Below, piece by piece: positions 8,401 to 17,690 of a stretch of DNA of 63,953 nt; position 1 is the stretch's first letter, and every line of letters starts with the position of its first letter. Source of the stretch: a virus (lineage: Duplodnaviria > Caudoviricetes); the IMG/VR virus record IMGVR_UViG_3300037337_000110, positions 1-63,953 of that record; one strand, given 5' to 3'. The position numbers and the translations under genes are program-made. A model generated the notes under the pieces. That model had not been told where the DNA came from. It ran no database searches and saw only the letters and a list, made by a program, of their open reading frames with translations.

Positions 8401-9087
8401 ATGGCAGATTTCTTTGGTACCCAGTTCACACCCTCGGAGCTTGAGTTGCGAGCCCTGCGCGTGAACCCTGCGCACAGGGCTGATGAGGCAACACTGACAC
8501 GCCGACGCTGGTTCGATTACCGTCACATGAGCCCGGCTCTGGCCACCTACCACTACGCCCACTGCTACAAGGTTCAGACCCAGCGCTTCTATGCCATGTG
8601 CGTTGACGAGAAGAGGGCCGCAGACGCCCGTGCCTTCACGCCCGATGACATCTTCAACAGTCGGGACATGACTTCGATGTGGCTTGCTCGCAGCTTCGCT
8701 GATGAACACCGGTTGCCGTACCCGTTTGTTTTGGAGTTTGCGATGAAGCGATTTATTGCCAGAACGCAGCACCAGTTCCCACGCCCCAACCAGCTCTACG
8801 GCGAAGAGCTTGAAATAGACGTGCTGGCCGCCTGGAAAGAGCGCATGGGTTCTCAGATCACAATGGCGTTATCCCCGCGATTTCGCATGCACGGCTACAA
8901 GGGCGAGCTGGTGCAGGCAGAGCATGTCAAGTTCTTGGCCGACCAGATCAAGCAGCGCTCCGGCCCGAGGTTTCGACTGATTGCCCGCATGCTGAAGGAA
9001 GGTCTGATGACGCACCACATGGCAACGCTTCTGTTTGGACAGGGCGAAGCAGATGCCGCCGAGCGGTACCGGGAACAATTCATGTAA
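8401..9087 (+). CDS. hypothetical protein of the replication operon (possible helicase loader)
   Basis: clean ORF ahead of hfq-dnaB; function inferred from position only. Confidence 0.6.
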   Translation: MADFFGTQFTPSELELRALRVNPAHRADEATLTRRRWFDYRHMSPALATYHYAHCYKVQTQRFYAMCVDEKRAADARAFTPDDIFNSRDMTSMWLARSFADEHRLPYPFVLEFAMKRFIARTQHQFPRPNQLYGEELEIDVLAAWKERMGSQITMALSPRFRMHGYKGELVQAEHVKFLADQIKQRSGPRFRLIARMLKEGLMTHHMATLLFGQGEADAAERYREQFM

Positions 9088-9154
9088 GTCATCGCTGACT
9101 CTCTATAATTTGGGTCAGCGGTCACCGACCACCTTTTCAACCACAGGAGTTTTT

Positions 9155-9511
9155 ATGAGTCACCAAGCACCACCCCGAGCTGCGTCAACTCACTGGCAGT
9201 CCGTCGACTCCCCAGTGCCCCGCAACGCCTGGCCGCACAACGTCGAGTCGCACAACGTCGAGCCGATGCCGCGCAAGAAGTTCATCGCCAAGGGGCACGA
9301 CGCCCAGCTGCAAGAGGCGCAGATCGACCGCATCCCAGTCGAGCTGACCACGCTGAGCGGCGTTGTCGTGAGCGGCACTGTCAGTCGTCGCGACAAGTAC
9401 ACGATCAGTCTTCGTCACGGCGAGGGGGAGAACGTGGGTCGTGATGAGATTTTCTACAAGCATGCCATCGAGTCGGTGCTGCTGGTGCGAGCAACCCCAA
9501 GGGCAAACTGA
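9155..9511 (+). CDS. hfq: Hfq/Sm-like RNA-binding protein
   Basis: Sm1-like IPVELTTLSGVVVSGTVSRRDKYTI and Sm2 FYKHAI; AGGAG SD. Confidence 0.8.
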   Translation: MSHQAPPRAASTHWQSVDSPVPRNAWPHNVESHNVEPMPRKKFIAKGHDAQLQEAQIDRIPVELTTLSGVVVSGTVSRRDKYTISLRHGEGENVGRDEIFYKHAIESVLLVRATPRAN

Positions 9512-10845
9512 TGTCCGGGACGACCGCCGCGTCGACACCGCGCTACGAGTTCGGCGAAGAGTTTCAGCAGAAGATTGCCGCGCTGCTGGTGCGCGACACC
9601 CCGTTTGCCCAGATGACAGACGGCTTGGTGCTGCCCGCGTTCTTTGAGAATGCAGGTTGTGCTTCGCTGGTGATGATCGCGAACAAATACTTCGAGAAGT
9701 ACAAGAAGGCACCCGGCGACAAGATCGTGCTGGTCAACTTGCTGCGCGACGCGGCGGCGCAAAAGTTGCTGACCCCGGAGCTGCTGCGCCTGGCGGCGAT
9801 GGCGATACCGGTGCTTCTGGCAACCGATGTCTCTGACCGCGATTACGTGGCCGACGAGTGCGCAACCTTTGCCCGGCACCAAGCTGTCGGCAAGGCAATT
9901 CTTGACTCGGTTGACCTGCTGGACAAGCGCGACTTCGCCACCATCGAGAAGACCGTTCAGACGGCGCTCAGCACGGGCAAGGTCGACACGGGCGGTGGCT
10001 ACGACTACGGTGAAATGACCGACGCCCGAACCCAGGACCGCAAAGACGAAGCGGCCGGCTTGCGCCCACCCACCGGTATCACCACGGGCTTTCCAATTCT
10101 CGACGGCTACCTCTACCACAAGGGCTGGGGGCGGCGCGAGATGGCGGTGCTCATGGGCGGCCCCAAGGCGGGCAAGTCGATGGCGATGATCAACTTCAGC
10201 ATCAACGCGATCGCAGCCGGTTACCGCACGCTGTATGTGACGCTGGAAGTGGCCAGCAACATCATCGCGCAGCGCATCGACGCCAACGTCTCAGAGCGCG
10301 CAATCATGGAGCTCGGGAGTCACATCTCTGACGTGGACGCGAAGGTGAAGGCGTTCATGGCCAAAGCCGCGCCCCTGAAGATTCACGAGTACCCCACGGG
10401 CACCATGAAGCCCTCACACCTGCGCCGCCTGATCGAGCAGTACAAAAGTCAGAGCATCGTCTTTGATCTGGTGGTGGTCGATTACGCCGACCTGATGGTG
10501 CCCGAGCGCCACATGGACAACGTGCAAGAAAACTCCAAGAACGTCTATCAGCCCCTGCGTGGCATGGCGATGAGCGAGGGCTTCGCGATGCTGACCGCCA
10601 CCCAGACCAACCGCGAAGGTGCCAAGAAGACGGTGGCCACGATGACCGACGTGGCCGAAGACATCAACAAGGTGCGGATTGCCGACGTGATGATTTCCAT
10701 CAACCGAACCGAAGAAGAGGCGCGCAACGGCCGCGCCCGACTTCACTTCGCCGCGAGTCGCAACCAGCGCTCCGGCTTTTCCGTTCTGATCGAGCAAAAC
10801 ATTGATCAGGGCAAATTTATTACAGCCGTTTTGGGCGAGGAATAG
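9511..10845 (+). CDS. dnaB: DnaB-like replicative helicase
   Basis: ITTGF..LD, GGPKAGKS, YVTLE, VVVDYADL, TATQTNR. Confidence 0.92.
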   Translation: MSGTTAASTPRYEFGEEFQQKIAALLVRDTPFAQMTDGLVLPAFFENAGCASLVMIANKYFEKYKKAPGDKIVLVNLLRDAAAQKLLTPELLRLAAMAIPVLLATDVSDRDYVADECATFARHQAVGKAILDSVDLLDKRDFATIEKTVQTALSTGKVDTGGGYDYGEMTDARTQDRKDEAAGLRPPTGITTGFPILDGYLYHKGWGRREMAVLMGGPKAGKSMAMINFSINAIAAGYRTLYVTLEVASNIIAQRIDANVSERAIMELGSHISDVDAKVKAFMAKAAPLKIHEYPTGTMKPSHLRRLIEQYKSQSIVFDLVVVDYADLMVPERHMDNVQENSKNVYQPLRGMAMSEGFAMLTATQTNREGAKKTVATMTDVAEDINKVRIADVMISINRTEEEARNGRARLHFAASRNQRSGFSVLIEQNIDQGKFITAVLGEE

Positions 10846-10849
10846 TTTT

Positions 10850-11125
10850 ATGAAAACCAAGATCGAAATCAAGAAGGCAGACGTGGGCTACACCAAGGAG
10901 TTGCCTCGTTGTGGCAGCTGTCGGGCGTTTTCCAGTCAGATGGCGCTGCCGGCCTGGATGGTGAAAGAAAACGCCGGCAGTGGCGTCAAGTTTGCCACGT
11001 CAGGTGAGTGCGCCTACCCCCTTGAAAGGTACGGCGTGGAGAAAAACATGCGCTGCTCAGTTCACGGCTTCGCGATTCAGCGCACCGCCGTCTGCAACTT
11101 CTGGAATCCCAAGCCCCCGTTCTGA
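10850..11125 (+). CDS. small Cys-rich (Zn-binding) hypothetical protein
   Basis: CGSC...C..H...VC. Confidence 0.55.
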   Translation: MKTKIEIKKADVGYTKELPRCGSCRAFSSQMALPAWMVKENAGSGVKFATSGECAYPLERYGVEKNMRCSVHGFAIQRTAVCNFWNPKPPF

Positions 11126-11186
11126 GCCTGACATCGGGGGTTGAAATACCCCTATCCCTTTTTATCGCCCACGGGCACCCATTTTT

Positions 11187-11414
11187 ATGAACATTTTTTA
11201 CATCAAGCTGGAACACAATTCCTTTTATTCGATTGAAGACCTTGCCGTTGAAGCTGTGCGACTTGCCAATCACCTGACTGTTTCGGTTCATTTCTATTAC
11301 GAGGGTATCAAGTGCGTGGCAGACCCAATGGGCAGCAGTGACAAGCTCGCGACCTCGGCTTTGAATGCGTCTGAAAGTCGCAGTCCACTTAGCCGGGCGA
11401 GCGCGAGGTCGTGA
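11187..11414 (+). CDS. hypothetical protein
   Basis: ORF with GTGA overlap to the primase. Confidence 0.5.
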   Translation: MNIFYIKLEHNSFYSIEDLAVEAVRLANHLTVSVHFYYEGIKCVADPMGSSDKLATSALNASESRSPLSRASARS

Positions 11415-12517
11415 TGGACCGCGTCGAACTCACCCGGGCGCTGGACAAAATAGACCTCGAAACATACCTGGACCGCGAGGGCATCGACTACCGGCCCAGC
11501 TACGGCACCAAGGGCCTGCAGCTCAACCTGGACGAGTGCCCCAAGTGCGGCGAGGGCGGGCGCAAGACCTACCTGAATGCCGAGACCGGGCTGGGCAACT
11601 GCTTTCACGGCAGCTGCGGCGAGAAGTTCAACAAGTTCAAGCTGCTGCGCTGCGTCTCGGGCCTGTCTGGTGCTGACTTTGACAACTACGTGCAGGCGCT
11701 GGCCAGCGAGCAAGGCTGGATGCCCAAGAAGGAGCGCGCGGTGTTGGTGCAGGCCGATCTGAAGCTGCCCAGCAAGATCGTGCCCCTGCCCGTCAACGGC
11801 CAGAACCTTCAGTACCTGCAAGACCGCGCGGTCAGCTTGGACAGCTGCAAGTGGTTCAACCTCTCGTATTGCCACAAGGGCTGGTGGGGCTATAAGCTGA
11901 GCGACGGCGAAGAGCGCTTTGTGTCCTACGACCAGCGGGTCATCATCCCGATTGCCGACCTGGACGGCAAGCTGGTGTCTTTTCAGGGCCGTGATGTCAC
12001 CGGTGCGCTGAAGCCTAAGTACCTGTTCCCGGTGGGCTACGCGGTGACCGGCAGCCACCTCTACAACGCCAACTCGTTCACCGACGGCCTGACGGATCAC
12101 GTTGTGGTGGGAGAGGGCGCGTTCGATGCGATCGCCATTCACCAGGCGATTGACGCGCGCAACGGGTGCGCCAACATGCTGGCAGTGGCCACCTTCGGCA
12201 TGCACCTCTCAAGCGGGCCGGGTGGGCAGCTGGAGAAGCTGGGTCTGCTGCATCAGCGCGGGCTCAAGACGGTAACGCTGATGTGGGATGGCGAGGGTAG
12301 GGCGCTGTCTTACGCGGTCAAGGCGGGGCTGCTGCTGCGTTCGGTGGGGCTGCAAGTGAACATCGCACGCCTGCCCGAAGGCTATGACCCTGCCCAGGGG
12401 CCAACTGGCAAGCCCACACCGGTGCAGGTGGTGGTTGACGCCATCTTTCAAGCCCAGCGTCTGACCAACCTCACCGCGATTCGGATCGCTCACGCGGCCA
12501 ACCAAATGTCCAAGTGA
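11411..12517 (+). CDS. DNA primase (Zn finger plus TOPRIM)
   Basis: CPKC...CFHGSC; FQGR, PKY, EGAFDA, WD.E, YDP. Confidence 0.9.
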   Translation: MMDRVELTRALDKIDLETYLDREGIDYRPSYGTKGLQLNLDECPKCGEGGRKTYLNAETGLGNCFHGSCGEKFNKFKLLRCVSGLSGADFDNYVQALASEQGWMPKKERAVLVQADLKLPSKIVPLPVNGQNLQYLQDRAVSLDSCKWFNLSYCHKGWWGYKLSDGEERFVSYDQRVIIPIADLDGKLVSFQGRDVTGALKPKYLFPVGYAVTGSHLYNANSFTDGLTDHVVVGEGAFDAIAIHQAIDARNGCANMLAVATFGMHLSSGPGGQLEKLGLLHQRGLKTVTLMWDGEGRALSYAVKAGLLLRSVGLQVNIARLPEGYDPAQGPTGKPTPVQVVVDAIFQAQRLTNLTAIRIAHAANQMSK

Positions 12518-12586
12518 GCGCGCAGATACTGAATTGTCTGTTTGAAATCAGTTACCTTTTTATGCGACAACCCCAAGGGGAAATTT

Positions 12587-13081
12587 ATGGATACATTCGA
12601 GATAAAAAGTGAGTGGCTTGCCCACCAAGGCGGCACCAAGTTCTACCAGACGTTTCTGATCAATTGGATGGTCAAGCCCGGGTTTAAGCACAGCTGCACG
12701 GTCGTTCACTATTCGGCATACCGCGGCACCGCGCCCAGCGTGCGCGTGCGACCGGTGAGCTACGGTCAAGTCAAGATTTTTAAAGGCTCGATTCATTACT
12801 TCGACATCTGGAAGAAAAAGCAAACGAAAAAAGACGCGCAGGACCTTGTCTACACCCTGCTGGGTGATGGAATCTTCACCGGCGATAGCATGTCGCGATC
12901 GAGTTTCTTGAGAGAGCTGACTGCTCTTTTTGGTGCCGCGAAGCGCGACGACATTTTGGTGCATCTGGGTCTGAGCATGAACGGCGAAAGTGCAGAGGGC
13001 GCGGGGTCGAGTGACGCGGGCGAAGATAGCCCTGTCGAAATTCAAGACAAAGAGCGCCCCGCAGCCTGGGGCAGTTGGTAA
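12587..13081 (+). CDS. hypothetical protein, WGR-like N-terminus, ending WGSW
   Basis: HQGGTKFY motif; AAGGGG SD. Confidence 0.6.
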   Translation: MDTFEIKSEWLAHQGGTKFYQTFLINWMVKPGFKHSCTVVHYSAYRGTAPSVRVRPVSYGQVKIFKGSIHYFDIWKKKQTKKDAQDLVYTLLGDGIFTGDSMSRSSFLRELTALFGAAKRDDILVHLGLSMNGESAEGAGSSDAGEDSPVEIQDKERPAAWGSW

Positions 13082-13096
13082 TCAAAGGAGTAAGTC

Positions 13097-13717
13097 ATGA
13101 GTGAAACATCAAACGAGCCCATCATCGACATCGAGGCATCTGCTGACGGCACGCGCAACACATACAGCTCCAGATGTGCTGCCATTTCGCAGGTGATGAA
13201 TTACGCCGCGTGTCTCTGGCGTCAGGGCGTGCTGTCTAAGCCCAACGTCAAAACGCCAACCGACTGGGATCAGTGTCGACGCGCCGCCGAAGGGGGTAAG
13301 TGCAACGCGGTCAGCATGCGCCGCGAAGAGCACCTGGCTGGCAAGGCGATTTACTTTCGCGAGCGCACGGCAACGCGCGTAAGCGCCGTGGGCAATTGGT
13401 CACACAGCAGCCAGCATATTGCGCGTCGCCCAGCGCCCTTGTCCGCACCAGCTGCGCCGGTCGTCAAGCCCAAGAAGACCAGCGTGCTCGATGCAATGGG
13501 CGATGCCGGCAGCTACACCCAAGCAATCAAGGCCGCACAGGTCGCACCGGTGTCAGTTCAAGTCGCACCGGTGTCAGTTCAAGTCACACCAGACCCAGTG
13601 ATGGTCGTCACGCCTGCTGCGCCCAAGCAAGCGGCGAACCTACCCACTCTTCAAATGCTCCCGGGTGAGTCCCCGTTGGCGTTTGCCCGTCGTCGTCGCG
13701 AGGCCGCTGCCCAATGA
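13097..13717 (+). CDS. hypothetical protein with Cys cluster and 21-bp internal tandem duplication
   Basis: AAGGAG SD; QVAPVSV x2. Confidence 0.65.
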   Translation: MSETSNEPIIDIEASADGTRNTYSSRCAAISQVMNYAACLWRQGVLSKPNVKTPTDWDQCRRAAEGGKCNAVSMRREEHLAGKAIYFRERTATRVSAVGNWSHSSQHIARRPAPLSAPAAPVVKPKKTSVLDAMGDAGSYTQAIKAAQVAPVSVQVAPVSVQVTPDPVMVVTPAAPKQAANLPTLQMLPGESPLAFARRRREAAAQ

Positions 13718-13944
13718 CCCCCGAAGAAGTGCATCAGGCGTGTCACGAAGCGATGACATCGTGCCTCCAGTTCTCTGCCTGGGACGACGACCAGCGGTTT
13801 TCAAACTGGCCAGAGAACTTCGGCAGCGTGCCCAAGTTGGGCATGCGCAACGTGATCAATTTCTGGCGCATTCACGGCACCCTTCTCTGGAAGCGCGGGT
13901 ACGACGCCGAGCTGCCCGACGAGGTTCTGACCCTGTTTGACTAG
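13714..13944 (+). CDS. hypothetical protein
   Basis: ATGA overlap with upstream gene. Confidence 0.5.
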   Translation: MTPEEVHQACHEAMTSCLQFSAWDDDQRFSNWPENFGSVPKLGMRNVINFWRIHGTLLWKRGYDAELPDEVLTLFD

Positions 13945-14002
13945 CCAACCAAGGGGCCGAAAGCCCCGACCCACAATCGAATTTCCCCAACTTAGAAAGA
14001 CC

Positions 14003-15397
14003 ATGATGATCGTCACCAACAAAGCCAGTTCTGTTTTCGCAGTCATTGAGAAAATGGGGGCAACCGCGTCCACCACTGAGCGCGATGGACTTGTTCGTCT
14101 CGCGGGCAACTCTAGCCCCATGTTCATGCGCGTTGTCAAGGCGGCCTACGACCCCTACACCACCTACGGCATGACCAAGGTGCCCAAGCGCAACCCGGCA
14201 ATGGCCCCGGGCACCAACACCCTTGACGAAGACTGGCCGTGGGACATTCTGGAGCACATGTCATCGCGCAAACTCACCGGTGGCAGAGCTCAGAATGAAG
14301 TGCAGCGGGTCATTAACTTGCTCGATGACGCCAGCGGTGCGCTGTTCACCCGAATCATTCGTCGAGACCTTCGCGGCAACTTCACCGAAGGCACCATCAA
14401 CCGCGTGTTTCCCAAGACCTTCGCCGATTTCCCCTACATGCGATGCAGCCTGTTTGACAAGTCGAACCTCGTGAAAGTGGACTGGGCAGCCGGCGTGATC
14501 AGTCAAGAAAAAGCCGACGGCATGTTTGCCAACGTCAACGTGGACAACGTGCGTCAGGTGCTGGTCACCAGCCGCCAGGGTTCGCCCATCCCGCTGGACC
14601 ACCTGCCCGACTTTGAAGCGCAGTTGGCAATCTCTTTCGATTCAGACACCCAGACTCACGGAGAACTGACGGTCTACAAAGACGGCGCATGTCTGGCGCG
14701 CGAGATTGGCAACGGTATGCTGAACTCGATTATTCAGGGCGGCTCAATGGATGAGGGCTGCGAGGTGCGCTTTGACGCCTGGGATCAGATTCCGCTGTCG
14801 GCCGTGCAGCCCAAGGGCAAGTATGAGACCCCGTACAAGGAGCGTCTGGCGGGCATCATGCGCTCGCTGGCACTCGCAAAGCCCACGCTGGTGCGTCTGA
14901 TCCCCACGCGCATTATCAAGAGTAAGGCACAAGCGTTTGACCACTACCGCGAGCTGCTGAATGCTGGCAAAGAGGGCACGGTGTGCAAGACCATGACGGC
15001 GATCTGGAAAGACGGCACCAGCAAAGACCAGGCCAAGCTCAAGCTCGAAGTCGATGTTGATCTGGAGATCACCGAGGTAGTCCCGGGCACGTCGGGCACC
15101 AAGAACGAAGGCCGTCCCGGCTCGGTTTTGTGCGTGAGCGCTTGCTCAAAGCTGGCGGTCAACGTGACCGTGAAGAACGAGAAGATGCGCGAAGCCATTG
15201 AGAAAAATCCCGATGACTTTATCGGCAAAATTATTGCTGTTCGGGGCAACTCGCTCATGCCCCCAAGTGCCTCTAGCGACCAGCACTCGATGTTTTTGCC
15301 GCGCTTTATCGAAGACGTGGTTCGCACTGACAAGGCTTTTGCTGACGACCTGAAGCGCATTCAGGACATTTTTCGCAACGCCGCAGAAGCTGTCTGA
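14003..15397 (+). CDS. ATP-dependent DNA ligase (T4-like)
   Basis: EKADG motif I, SRQG, HGEL, EGTVCK, KLK, C-terminal OB ending FLPRF..VRTDK. Confidence 0.92.
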   Translation: MMIVTNKASSVFAVIEKMGATASTTERDGLVRLAGNSSPMFMRVVKAAYDPYTTYGMTKVPKRNPAMAPGTNTLDEDWPWDILEHMSSRKLTGGRAQNEVQRVINLLDDASGALFTRIIRRDLRGNFTEGTINRVFPKTFADFPYMRCSLFDKSNLVKVDWAAGVISQEKADGMFANVNVDNVRQVLVTSRQGSPIPLDHLPDFEAQLAISFDSDTQTHGELTVYKDGACLAREIGNGMLNSIIQGGSMDEGCEVRFDAWDQIPLSAVQPKGKYETPYKERLAGIMRSLALAKPTLVRLIPTRIIKSKAQAFDHYRELLNAGKEGTVCKTMTAIWKDGTSKDQAKLKLEVDVDLEITEVVPGTSGTKNEGRPGSVLCVSACSKLAVNVTVKNEKMREAIEKNPDDFIGKIIAVRGNSLMPPSASSDQHSMFLPRFIEDVVRTDKAFADDLKRIQDIFRNAAEAV

Positions 15398-15466
15398 TGG
15401 CAAGGTAGGGCGTGAAAATTCACCCTATAATGTAAGTCATGACTGACTACACATTGGAGAATTTTC

Positions 15467-15820
15467 TTGCTTGAAAAAATCAAAACCCTGTATCTCATCG
15501 TCTGTGAATTCATTTGGCCAATTCAGCCCATCGTTCGCGACTTTGTCGTGTACTTTTCAAAGCCTGGGGGCATCGAAATGAATTGCGGCAAATATTTGTT
15601 GACTTTCTCAGTGTCGTCTGGGGCGCCGGCTCACAGCATCTTGTGCGATCTGCTGGTTATGACGATGCACGTAAAAAGCAAGGAGGTCAGCTTGATGTCG
15701 CCTTTCTTTGAAGACATCTCGATTAACTGGCGCGAGCGCACCTTGTTGATTGACAGCGTTCTTCAGTGGCTTGATTTTGAAGATGACATCCCCGAAGAAA
15801 ACGTAAGGGGCTTTGTGTGA
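15467..15820 (+). CDS. hypothetical protein
   Basis: GGAG SD, TTG start after TATAAT and operator. Confidence 0.5.
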   Translation: MLEKIKTLYLIVCEFIWPIQPIVRDFVVYFSKPGGIEMNCGKYLLTFSVSSGAPAHSILCDLLVMTMHVKSKEVSLMSPFFEDISINWRERTLLIDSVLQWLDFEDDIPEENVRGFV

Positions 15821-16437
15821 TTATCGCGCTGACAGGCCCGACATGCTCGGGCAAGACCTCGATTGAGCGAGAGTTGCATAAGCTGGGTTACGGTGCTGTT
15901 GCGAGTCACACCACCAGGCAGCCCCGCCCAGGTGAGGTCTCTGGTCGAGATTACTGCTTTGTTGCCCGCGACGAAATGCAGGCCATGCTGGCGGGCGACG
16001 AGCTAATCGAGTTCAATGAGTTTGGTGGCGCCCTGTATGGGTTGTCAAAGGCCGAGGTGCTGTTGTCTTTGAGTCGCAATTCAAAAGTTGCCGTAGTGCT
16101 GGACCCCAACGGCAAGCGCAACTTGCGCGAGTGGGCGCTTTTGAGAAGCGTGCCGTTTGTGGCGACCTGGGTCGAGTGCTCACCAGCCGTTCAGGCGAAG
16201 CGCTTCGCAGCCCGGGTCGCTCAGCTGCCGAGCGCGCGTCTTGAAGACTTTTTAGCCGATCGGCTGACCTCGATGCTCGGCCTGGAGAATCAGTGGCGCG
16301 AGCGCACCGGCGTCTTTCGCGGCTCTCGCTACGAATTGCGCATGTCTTCTGACTCACTCACGTCGCAAAACCTGGCTTCATTCATTGACAGTTATGTGTG
16401 CGGCTTGACAGTGGTTCAAAAGCAGCTAGACTTGTAG
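15817..16437 (+). CDS. gmk: guanylate kinase-like protein
   Basis: GPTCSGKT, SHTTRQPRPGEVSGRDYCFV, E..EFGGALYG. Confidence 0.85.
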   Translation: MIIALTGPTCSGKTSIERELHKLGYGAVASHTTRQPRPGEVSGRDYCFVARDEMQAMLAGDELIEFNEFGGALYGLSKAEVLLSLSRNSKVAVVLDPNGKRNLREWALLRSVPFVATWVECSPAVQAKRFAARVAQLPSARLEDFLADRLTSMLGLENQWRERTGVFRGSRYELRMSSDSLTSQNLASFIDSYVCGLTVVQKQLDL

Positions 16438-16457
16438 GCTTGTAGTCATCAGTGACT
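16405..16457 (+). promoter_or_regulatory. sigma70-like promoter with downstream operator
   Basis: TTGACA-16 bp-TAGACT, then AGTCAtcagTGACT at 16444-16457. Confidence 0.6.
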
Positions 16458-16484
16458 GTTGCAACAACCACTCAGGAAATTTAC

Positions 16485-16571
16485 ATGGCCAATGACCCGT
16501 TTCGCACCATGCCGGTATACCCCAACAAAAAGAAAGGCCCTCAAGGACCGATTCCAGCACGCAACGGCTAA
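16485..16571 (+). CDS. 28-aa small ORF MANDPFRTMPVYPNKKKGPQGPIPARNG
   Basis: AGGA SD, own promoter/operator and terminator. Confidence 0.5.
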   Translation: MANDPFRTMPVYPNKKKGPQGPIPARNG

Positions 16572-16590
16572 CCCCGCCCCGCGTGACTTG

Positions 16591-16634
16591 AAGCCCTTCT
16601 GGCTCCCTACAATGGGGTCAGGAGGGCTTTTTTT
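16591..16634 (+). terminator. intrinsic terminator
   Basis: 16-bp stem with G-U pairs followed by a T run. Confidence 0.75.
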
Positions 16635-17297
16635 ATGTGGGCAAGAGAATTGGGCAGCTTTGAAAAGTGGCTGTCGGGTAGCGCGGTTTCTGACGATGTG
16701 TTCTGGACCAGGGAACTGGGTGAGCTGGCCCCGATCGACATTCAGCTTTTTTACGCCCGCTGCGGCTTAAAAGGCCGCAAGTCAGAGGGGGTCGAGGCCA
16801 TTGAGCGGCTGCAGAGCTGCTTGATACTGGCCGCGGTAAGCGGCGAGGTGAGCAGGGCGGAGATGCGGCTTGTCATGCACCAGCCTCCGCGTGAGCCATT
16901 TCTTGTCGACGAGTTTGTCGATTTGCTTGTCAAGTTGAGACCCACACGGCGCGCTGCTGTTTTGTTCGCACTGGACACGCGCAGCTCGCCAGAGCGGGCA
17001 CTGTCTCTCACCTGGCGCGACTCGGCCGGCCTGCACCAGCTTTCACCCCTGGGTCTTGAAGTGATCACGGCGAGGGGCAAAATGCGGCATCTAAGTCTGC
17101 CTTACGTCTTCTGGGAATGGATGACGCCTGACACCGCAACACCCTTGATCGGGCTGGAAGAAAGTGCGTGTCACGCATTCGACTGCACCTGGCCGGCGCT
17201 TCAGGTCAGGTTCAACGAGATGTTGTGGGTTAGTGGCCGCGCCAATGCGACAAGTCTTGTTCATCTGATCGAAGAGGTAACGGCGAGAAGACTTTGA
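16635..17297 (+). CDS. tyrosine-recombinase-like protein with degenerate active site
   Basis: RRAAVLFALDT.....ALSLTWRD resembles Box I but lacks the G.R; no HxxR/Tyr box II. Confidence 0.45.
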   Translation: MWARELGSFEKWLSGSAVSDDVFWTRELGELAPIDIQLFYARCGLKGRKSEGVEAIERLQSCLILAAVSGEVSRAEMRLVMHQPPREPFLVDEFVDLLVKLRPTRRAAVLFALDTRSSPERALSLTWRDSAGLHQLSPLGLEVITARGKMRHLSLPYVFWEWMTPDTATPLIGLEESACHAFDCTWPALQVRFNEMLWVSGRANATSLVHLIEEVTARRL

Positions 17298-17372
17298 GGT
17301 GCAAAAAATCATTGGAAGACGATACATTCCCTAGTTGACATAATGTCAATCGTAGAATGTGGTGTTTTTGCG

Positions 17373-17690
17373 CCGCATCAACGCGGTCAAATTGGGGAAA
17401 ACCTGTGAAGAGTTTTGTGGATAATTGCAAAACAAGCCGCATAGGTGCGTTGGCGCCCGCGGAAAAGGCCGCACAGGGGCGGCCTAGAATTTGATCTGGA
17501 CCGCACGGATGCGGCACTATAGAGAAAGAGACTTAAATTCATAAAAGAAGCGGATAACATTTGCCTCACGGCTGCTCAGTAAGCACGCATGCGGCATAAA
17601 TACCGTCACCAAAAAAGCCAGTACCGCACCCATGCGGCTATAAGTCTGTCCTTAGCACACGAATTCGATTCATGAACCGCGACTGTGCGG
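17373..17690. promoter_or_regulatory. plasmid replication origin (oriV): palindromic iterons plus DnaA box
   Basis: seven CCGCA-N4-TGCGG variants; TGTGGATAA at 17416-17424; AT-rich stretch near 17520-17550; adjacent to rep. Confidence 0.7.

Noticed and set aside
16635-17297. Functional integrase or protelomerase
   Set aside because: Catalytic Arg, HxxR and Tyr not found; too short
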